DNA from: Octopus vulgaris
Lineage: Eukaryota
NCBI GenBank assembly: GCA_951406725.2
Contig: OX597835.1
Span: 21,328,001 to 21,392,000, forward strand
Direction of reading: 5' to 3'
DNA length: 64,000 bases
In this document: positions 54,927 through 64,000 of the stretch, piece after piece
Layout of the letters: the number at the start of each line of letters is the position of its first letter
Numbering within the stretch: position 1 is the first letter of the stretch
The notes under the pieces: model-generated
Told to the model about the DNA's origin: nothing
Seen by the model: the letters and a program-made list of their open reading frames with translations, nothing else
Databases searched by the model: none
Position numbers and translations under genes: made by a program

Positions 54927-55088
54927 GGCTGTGTGGCTGTGTGGTAAGAAGCTTGCTTAACAACCACATGGTTCCGGGTTCAGTCCCACTGCGTGGCATC
55001 TTGGGCAAGTGTCTTCTGCTATAGCCTCGGGCCGACCAATGCCTTGTGAGTGGATTTGGTAGACGGAAACTGAAAGAAGCCTGTCGAA

Positions 55089-55135
<47 letters not shown>

Positions 55136-55357
55136 ATATGTTTGTGTGTCTGTGTTTGTCCCCCCACCATCGCTTGACAAACGATGCTGGTGTGTTTACG
55201 TCTCCGTCACTTAGCGGTTCGGCAAAAATAGATCGATAGAATAAGTACTGGGCTTACAAAGAATAAGTCCCGGGTTCGATATGCTCGACTAAAGGCGGTG
55301 CTCCAGCATGGCCGCAGTCAAATGACTGAAACAAGTAAAAGAGTAAAAGAGAGAGAG
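54927..55357 (+). mobile_element. SINE family A, near full length
   Basis: Matches 50819-51230. Confidence 0.92.
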
Positions 55358-55923
55358 TACTAGTTATATCAAAGAAATCAAATATACTTAGATTCGTTCT
55401 TGTGAGATGTTTTAAACCAACTTTTTGTTGATGTACAGCTTCCTGAACGGCATCCATCGTGTGTTGTCATACATATCTCGTAAAATAAATAGTCCGTCGT
55501 CACGGTAAAGACCGAAATCTTGATGGAACAAATTCTTTTGAAGTAAGCATACAATTTTATTAATTCACAATCCTAACCCCTATCCAACGATCCCATGTCT
55601 GCATAATGATATTAATGTTGGTGTCATTGAATGGATTGACATATCTACAGAATTTCAAAGCCTTTCGAAAACGATTTATTTATTGAGATAAAACTTAACT
55701 TTATCCAACTGCATATGTTTACATAGCTGCTTATTATCTACATCATTGAACTATCTGTGATAACCTACATTTCAATAACGTGGAAGACGTATCCTGTTTA
55801 ATGTTACAAATGCTGGAACCTTTGATCTATCGAAAGCGTGTTAGGCTCTGGTAAAAAAAAATTTGCATGTTATTTGAAAGTAATCTAGTCATCTAACGCT
55901 GTAATTCGTGTGTGTGTGCGCGT

Positions 55924-55963
<40 letters not shown>

Positions 55964-56487
55964 GAATATATATGTATGTGTATATATATATCTTTTTATT
56001 CTTTTACTTGATTCAGTCATTTCACTGTGGCCCTGCTGAGGCACCACCTTTAGTCGAACGAATCAACCCCAAAACTTATTCTTTGTAAGCCTAGTACTTA
56101 TTCTAGCGGCATTTTGTGCGGAACCACTAAGTTACGGGGACGTAAACACACCAACATCAGCTGTCAAGCAATGGTGGGGGCGCGAAACGTCCTGTTATTT
56201 TCATTTATATTTGTGTACCATTTCTCCGTTTTTTTTCGTCCTTGTTTTCGTAGACATTCCCTGCTTTCGTTCAAGGAATCTAATACTCTTAGCTTAGTTT
56301 TTCCTTGGGACTGACCAGATTGGAACAAAGTCTAGTATAACCGGCCGAAATTACAAAGAAAATCTGGAACTCGACTGAGGAAAGAAAACTTCGAATGACT
56401 CCTCCGTTTTTTTTTATTTTTTCTTGTCCTTCTTTTGTATCATCTGTCTGGATGTTTGCGTTCTTCTCCCATTTATGCTATTCCTTT

Positions 56488-56532
<45 letters not shown>

Positions 56533-56937
56533 GGCGCAGAAGTGGCTGTGTGGTAAGTAGCTTGCTAACCAACCATATGGTTCCGGGTTCAGTCCCACTG
56601 CGTGGCATCTTGGGCAAGTGTCTTCTGCTATAGCCCCGGGCCGACCAATGCATTGTGAGTGGATTTGGTAGACAGAAACTGAAAGAAGCCTGTCGTATAT
56701 ATGTGTATATATGTGTATGTATGTGTGTTTGTGTGTGTTTGTCCTCCTAGCATTGCTTGACAACCGATGATGGTGTGTTTACGTCCCCGTCACTTAGCGG
56801 TTCGGAAAAAGAGACCGATAGAATAAGTACTGGGCTTACAAGGAATAAGTCCCGGGGTCGATTTGCTCGACTAAAGGCGGTGCTCCAGCATGGCCGCATT
56901 CAAATGACTGAAACAAGTAAAAGAGTAAAGAGAGAGA
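56533..56937 (+). mobile_element. SINE family A, full length (tail fragments also at 31935-32095 - and 55990-56180 -)
   Basis: Matches 50819-51230. Confidence 0.92.
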
Positions 56938-57199
56938 TATATACGACAAGTTGCTTCATTAAGTTTCCGTCTATCAAATCCATTCACTAGGTATTTGTTG
57001 GCAGGAGGCTATAGTAAAAGCTTACCCAAGCTGACACGCAGTGTGACTGAACCTGGAACAATATGGTTGGGAAGCAAACTTCTTACCGCACAACCGGTCG
57101 CAGGTGAACATTTTAAACGAAAGTAATTTATCGTCTTAATTACAAATCAGACTTTTCTGCTTCAAAATAGTTTCTTCCCTTCTTGATATATTGTTTTAC

Positions 57200-58080
57200 C
57201 ATTTGCAGATATAGTGCGCAGTACTCGTAATGGATTTCCTTCTATGCTTGAAATAGGTGAAGGCAAATTTCCCCGGAGTGAATGACACATTTGTAAAGGA
57301 AAGCATACATCAGTGGCCAAATATGGGGAGTGAAGCTGCAGCGGGACATGAGTTCTCTTGTGCTTGGCCTAAAAGATCACGGATAGTGAAGGAAAATTCA
57401 GCGGATGAGTTGTCATATGGCAGCAGATAGATTTTGCTTGATAATGCCTCAAATATCATCTTTCCCACTGCTTTTCAAAACGAAATACCACAAGGCAATC
57501 AAATGAAATTCTTTGTTGGTGATCTGACGATTTGGAACAAACCCATAGGCAACAATTTTCTTCTGATAAAACATACAATGATCATACCTTTTACATTTGA
57601 GCAAGTCCGACATTTTGGAGATACAACAATAGCCCAGAATATGGCAACAACAACTTTTGTCGACATCAAAACTCAAGGTGCAGACTCTGACAAGTGCTAT
57701 GATACATTATAAAAGGTTTTGAACAGTATTCGAAAGATCAAAAGCTTTTGTCTGACTGAAACGTGGCTTTCTTTTTCTAGATCTGTAAGAAGACAATACA
57801 AATTTACGTGCAAAACTGCACAGCTTTAGTTTTCTTTGAAAAATCATTATAATGGATCTATTACAAATGCGTTCATTCTCGAGAATTCTACAGCGCAGTC
57901 AAACAGGGATTTTCAAGGATAACTACGTGCGATTTCCGAATATAATCGTGATCTATTATCGAAGAAGGTCGTGGAAATTTGAACTCGTCTTCTGGAGATA
58001 TTCTTCCGAATTTGAAACAATGCAACAACATTGCGCAGAATTCAGACACTCTTCTTTAGAAGACAATCGAAACCATAGCA
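57200..58080 (-). pseudogene. Highly decayed mariner transposase
   Basis: EDEFKFPRPSS (EDxxRSGRP), FYQKKIVAYGFVPNRQITNKEF (GIVHxEFVPxGQTVN), HSPYLA (YSPDLA) in the expected order. Confidence 0.62.
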
Positions 58081-58263
58081 AATTCTACCTCAAAGTTTTT
58101 TTGTTTTTTTTTTTTAAATTAGAAAACAATGGACATTACATAAATATACTGATATAGCTAATCTTAATTGTAGAACTGATACATATATATAGACATATAC
58201 ATATATATACATACATATATATATACATACGTATATATATATATATACATATATGTATATACA

Positions 58264-58312
<49 letters not shown>

Positions 58313-58313
58313 G

Positions 58314-58350
<37 letters not shown>

Positions 58351-58575
58351 CTATACTGTAATATTGAAATAATGCTTCTCACGAAGAGAAGAAAATACTT
58401 CGTGTGTGAAGGAGATTCGAAGAGAACCCAAATAGAGAAGGTAAAAATACTTTGTAACTGAATATTGATACTTGAAAATATCTTTTATTTCAATTGTCTA
58501 GAAGTGTTGCCATATATAGTGATATCTATACGTAAATACATACACACACACAAACAGATAGATAGATAGATAGAC

Positions 58576-58653
<78 letters not shown>

Positions 58654-58916
58654 TGCGTGTGTGCGTGTGCAGAGAGAGAAAGAGAAATGGAGTAAATGAT
58701 AATGTATATACATATATAAGATTTATATATATATATGTGTGTGTGTGTGTATGTATGTATATATACACACACACACACACACACATAGTAGAATGATAAA
58801 TTGATTGAGAGACAGGTGAAATAAAGATGCGGATGAAGGATGTATACCTATATATATGCATATATATACAAATAATATACATATGTATCCATATATCTAT
58901 GTATATATATATAATC

Positions 58917-58979
<63 letters not shown>

Positions 58980-58987
58980 CATACATA

Positions 58988-59087
<100 letters not shown>

Positions 59088-59711
59088 ACGTACATATATA
59101 TCCGTCTGACAGGATGAACCCAATTCAACAAAATTTCTTGTTTTCTTAATAAATAAAAAAAAATACACACTTTCATCTTGTTTAATAAATACGTAAATCA
59201 CAGAGCACTATAGAATAGAACAAAATACAATAACAGACATTTTATACTTGTTAGTACAGTTGTTGTTATTGCCGAAAATATTATTCTTGTTGTGGTTGTA
59301 TTTTATTCTCGTTGCATTATTACAAAGGTTAACATAGATTTTGTAGCAATCAAAAGTACTTCTTTTTTTTCTCTCTCTCTCCCCGTAAACATTTTTGTTC
59401 AGTTTCATTTTACACTTTTAGGTATTTTGTTACTTGTGATTTAGTTTTTTTTTTTTTTTGGCGTGTGTCATTTACTTTTTTCTTTTTTCATTTTTTCTTT
59501 TTGTTTGGTATTTCTTTTCGTTTATCCTGGGGGTCAAATATAGAAAGATTTACATTAATGTCGATTGAATGCAGCGTTTAGTACATGAAACCTCGATTTA
59601 GTATACAAACATACACAGATACATACACACATATACACGCCTACACACACACATACAAATATATGGGCGTGTATATATATATATGTACGTATATATATGC
59701 ATATGTTTATA

Positions 59712-59747
<36 letters not shown>

Positions 59748-59790
59748 CATATATATACATATATATATACATATATACATATATATATAC

Positions 59791-59889
<99 letters not shown>

Positions 59890-60463
59890 GTTTGTTTACT
59901 TTTTTGTGCGGGGCTTTTCAAAACCTAATCTTCTGTAGCGCCTATGTAGTTAGAATTCTTTTTAACTCACCTGACCTTAGATGTGGCCTTATGATGCCTT
60001 AGGCAACATTTAACCTCGCGTATGTGGAAACAGTGTGGACTAAAGTGGAAAAGGTTACAGAGGAAAATGTAAAAATGTGCACCTTCCTAACAGGTCCTGG
60101 AATATGTTTGAATCAAGATATATTTCTATACAAACCACAAGTTGGTTTGATACATAGAAAGTCTTGCTTCAGTTTATATCGATCGCACAAGGAAACGTAT
60201 AATATGGTATATAATCGTATAACGTAATGTAATATAATAGAATATAATGTAATATATTATCATATAAGATAAGATAATATAATATACAGGCGGCTGACAA
60301 AAGTATTTGATTTATTATTCTATGGATATTATCAGATATGCAATTAACTATAGAGCTTCATATAGTCCAACAACAATTTATGCATATATACGAACACTCA
60401 TACATCCCTATGTTTGTATACTACTGTGTGCGTGTGTGTATGTGCGTGTTGGTGTATATATAT

Positions 60464-60677
<214 letters not shown>

Positions 60678-60743
60678 GCATGTATATGAAGATATGTGAA
60701 TGTATGTATGTAATCATGCAGTATGTATGTATGTGTTTATGTG

Positions 60744-60775
<32 letters not shown>

Positions 60776-61119
60776 TGTATGTACACAAATGCAAACGTAC
60801 CCACACACACACACACGTTTCAATATGTAACACCATCCCCCAAAATAGAAAAAAAAAAGTTGGAACCCATTAGATGTAGCAGTATCTGGTTTCACTTCCA
60901 AAGCCGCCGGTTCACTACCGCGCTTCTCTGTATTTTTTCTAAGTAAGTAACCGGCAATCAGGGAATAACAACCGCAAAACTGTCACCACAACTACTACTA
61001 CCACTACTACTACTACTACTACTACCGCTACCGCTACCAGTGCTGCTGAGACGGCTGATACCACCACAGCTACCACTACCACTACTACTGCTACTACGGT
61101 TTGCTGCTACAGAAGTTCC

Positions 61120-61405
61120 TGTCACAGATTTGACCGGCTCTCTCATACCAGCGGAGACCTAGGTTTATCTTAACATAAAGTCTCGATGACAAACTCAGAC
61201 TTGACGTAGAAACCAGCTTTTGCAGGACAGTCTACCAATTTAAAATGGGCTCCGGCCCTAACACGCCTCCCTTCTCACTCGTCTTCTACATCACCACCAC
61301 CATCATCCTCATCCTTATCATCATCACCCCTAGTCCCCTCTCCTTCTTCCTCTTCTTCTTTTTCTTCTTCTTCTTCTTCTTCTTCTTCTTCTTCTTCTTC
61401 TTCTT

Positions 61406-61436
<31 letters not shown>

Positions 61437-61519
61437 TTCTTCTTCTTCTTCTTCTTCTTCTTCTTCTTCTTCTTCTTCTTCTTCTTCTTCTTCTTCTTCT
61501 TCTTCTTCTTCTTCTTCTT

Positions 61520-61550
<31 letters not shown>

Positions 61551-61559
61551 TTATTCTTC

Positions 61560-61590
<31 letters not shown>

Positions 61591-62655
61591 CATTATTATT
61601 ATAGTACTCCTTCCTCATCCTACTCTCGCTCTCCCCCTCCATTCACTCTTAGGTTTCCCACTTACCACCTAGACAACCCACGCCACCCTCTCCAACACCA
61701 CCCCGAACTTTACAGTAAACTAGCTAGACTTAAACGATCCGATTTTATCATCGCAGATAATCGCCCCACTCCACCCCACAACTTTACAAGATCCCAGTAC
61801 ATCACTTTACCAAACCTACAATCTAAAAACCGCGTCTAACTGCCATCACACTATACGAAGAAGCACATACACCTTGCCAGTTTGAAGCCAAGATCAATGC
61901 CTGCTGGACCAACATTTGCCCCAGCAGAAAGATCTCTATGAAGGCTAGACTCAAATTCATATCTAAAAATACCCGGCCCTCTTTCTGCTATCACTTAGTG
62001 AAAACCCACAAACCTGGGCCCAATCTTAAAATTAGACCTATAGTCTCGGAACTTGACGGCCCCATCTATAAAATTTCTTGGCTTCTCTCTAGACTCCTCA
62101 GTCATCTCCTTCACACCTTCTCCTGACACGTTGACAGCTCCAAAGAAATATTTTTTTTAAAGGCTCAAGGATATCGACCCCTCCATACTCGGAAATAACC
62201 GGTACCCTTTCAGCCGAGACGACGCCTCACTCTATACTTCTGCGCCTGCTCCTTAGGCTGTCGATATCATTACTGACCGCATAGCAGCTCTCTTCTCGTC
62301 CCCCGCTTCCCCACATTTATTTTGTCATCTCCTCCTTCTCCTCCTTCTCACTATTCTTCTTCTTCCTCTTTCTCTCCTTCTTCTTCCACTTCTCTCATTC
62401 TTCTTCTTTCCCTTCCTCTCTCACCAACCTTTAGCCTTACATCCTCTAATATCCATGACCTACTAGTCATTATAGTAGATAACACCTACTCCCAATACAA
62501 CGATGATGAATATAAACAGGTCTCAGGTTTGCCGATGGTATCTAGCCTCTCAGGCTTGCTGACCATCTCGCACACGGATCAATTCGAACGCACGACGCTT
62601 AACACCTGTCACTCATGCGTCTTCTTCTCAAGGCATGTTAACGACATCCTCATGC
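61120..62655 (+). pseudogene. Decayed Penelope/Poseidon-type RT, with internal (TTC)n expansion, ending at a SINE
   Basis: LDVETSFCR, YHLVKTHK..KIRPIVS..GPIYKISWLL, YPFSRDDASLYTS, YKQVSGLPMVSSLSG, FSRHVNDIL (YVDD decayed). Confidence 0.85.
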
Positions 62656-62820
62656 TTGTCACAGTTTGTGGCACGCTGAATATCCCCGAGAACTACGTTA
62701 GGATACACGTGTCTGTGGAGTGCTCAGCCACTTGCACGTTAATTTCATGAGCAGGCTGTTCCGTTGATCGGATCAACTGGAACCCTCGTCGTCGTAAGCG
62801 ACGGAGTGCCAACAACAACA
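62655..62820 (+). mobile_element. SINE family B 3' part with (CAA)n tail
   Basis: Matches the tail of 37449-37804. Confidence 0.88.
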
Positions 62821-62824
62821 GTGA

Positions 62825-62880
<56 letters not shown>

Positions 62881-62881
62881 T

Positions 62882-63025
62882 TTATTTAAAGCAGCAGAAA
62901 ATTCAACAAAACCTGTTACTCTGAGTTTCCCGTTGCCGTTCATCGGACAGTTAAAACTGTCCGATGAACGGCAACGTGAAACTCAGAGTAACAGGTTTTG
63001 TTGAATTTTCTACTGCTTTAAATAA
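62882..63025. repeat. Inverted repeat (~71-bp arms, 2-nt spacer) with a hammerhead in each arm
   Basis: Plus arm CTGT-CCGATGA-ACG-GCAA-CGT-GAAA-CTCAGAG-TA-ACAG (62957-62994); mirror copy on minus at 62913-62950; two mismatches between arms. Confidence 0.88.
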
Positions 63026-63078
63026 GTATTTGAGTACTCTTTTTTCCACTTGTTTCACATTTATGTGTTTACTCCGGT

Positions 63079-63113
<35 letters not shown>

Positions 63114-64000
63114 TATGAGTGTTTTGTGTGTACATCACACTATATATGTGTGTATGTGTGTATGTTTGTGTGTGTGTGTGTGTGCGTGTGCGTGTGTGTG
63201 TGTAACATCTCCATTCACAAGGTTTTGGTCGTTCCCAAGCTATAGCAAAAAAACACTTGCCCAAGATACCCTGCAGTGGGACTGATCCCGAAACTATGTG
63301 GTTTGGAATTATACTTCTTACCGCACAGCCATGCCGGCACCTTTACAGAAGATCGTTTAGAAAGTTAAAAGGAAAGAAATCCAAGTGATTTGCGAGAATT
63401 TCTTTCAAAGAAAACTAAATTGTAATGAGATAACAAGAAAAAATATATATAACAAATAATAGAAAGGAAGAATAGCTTTGATTGTTATCAGAGTTTTATC
63501 ATTATTTAGAGCAAGACGACATTTTTTCCCCTTCTGGTGTTCTTGTATAAAAACAAATCAAAGAAGTGCTTATCTATATTGCTCCTATCACCTCAGTGAA
63601 CGAGAAATTTCTATTTCAATAAGATTTTACTATTTTGTCTCATATCATCTAGACTAATTAACTATATGTTGTTCTTAGTAACTCGTAGCTATCAACTCTC
63701 CCAATTTCAAGCGAAGCACTTTAAACCTTCGACCCTTTAACCTTTCAACAGTTCAACCATTCTAACAAACGAACGGTAAACAATAACACATAACAGTCAG
63801 AACAATCGAAAATTTAACCTTCGTCATCTGTTCCTCATGGAAGTCTGGCAGTTTTGACACTTTGGGATGGGACACCTGACTTAATAACGTCAATAAGTTG
63901 TTGAATAAGGCTGTCCTTATAAATACAGAGAAAATGATACACAAAGACAGGAGAAATATAAAATGGGTGGAGTTTTACCGGTTCTTCCAAATTAGAATTT

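Noticed and set aside
63820-63880. Possible minus-strand micro-exon VSHPKVSKLPDFHEEQMTK
   Set aside because: Weak splice sites and no recognisable homology

Overview
Eukaryotic, AT-rich, microsatellite-saturated non-coding DNA. The SINE families and repeat landscape suggest a coleoid cephalopod, probably Octopus (inference). No host protein-coding gene can be supported, and most listed ORFs are microsatellite read-through. The window holds one nearly intact Penelope-like retroelement (RT + GIY-YIG, minus strand, ~637-4220) with a hammerhead ribozyme and a candidate -1 frameshift. It also holds decayed Penelope, R4/Dong, RTE, Tx1/L1, Tc1/mariner and Helitron remnants, three tRNA-derived SINE families in many copies, a 113-bp satellite array and two long palindromes. 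The most unusual signal is about a dozen type I hammerhead-ribozyme motifs, including natural compensatory core variants (U3:A8, G3:C8, U4C). Among these is a ~363-bp tandem retrozyme-like array (23113-24060) whose units carry a U3:A8 hammerhead plus a second hammerhead-shaped motif with an altered core. All structures were read by eye; coordinates of decayed elements are approximate.
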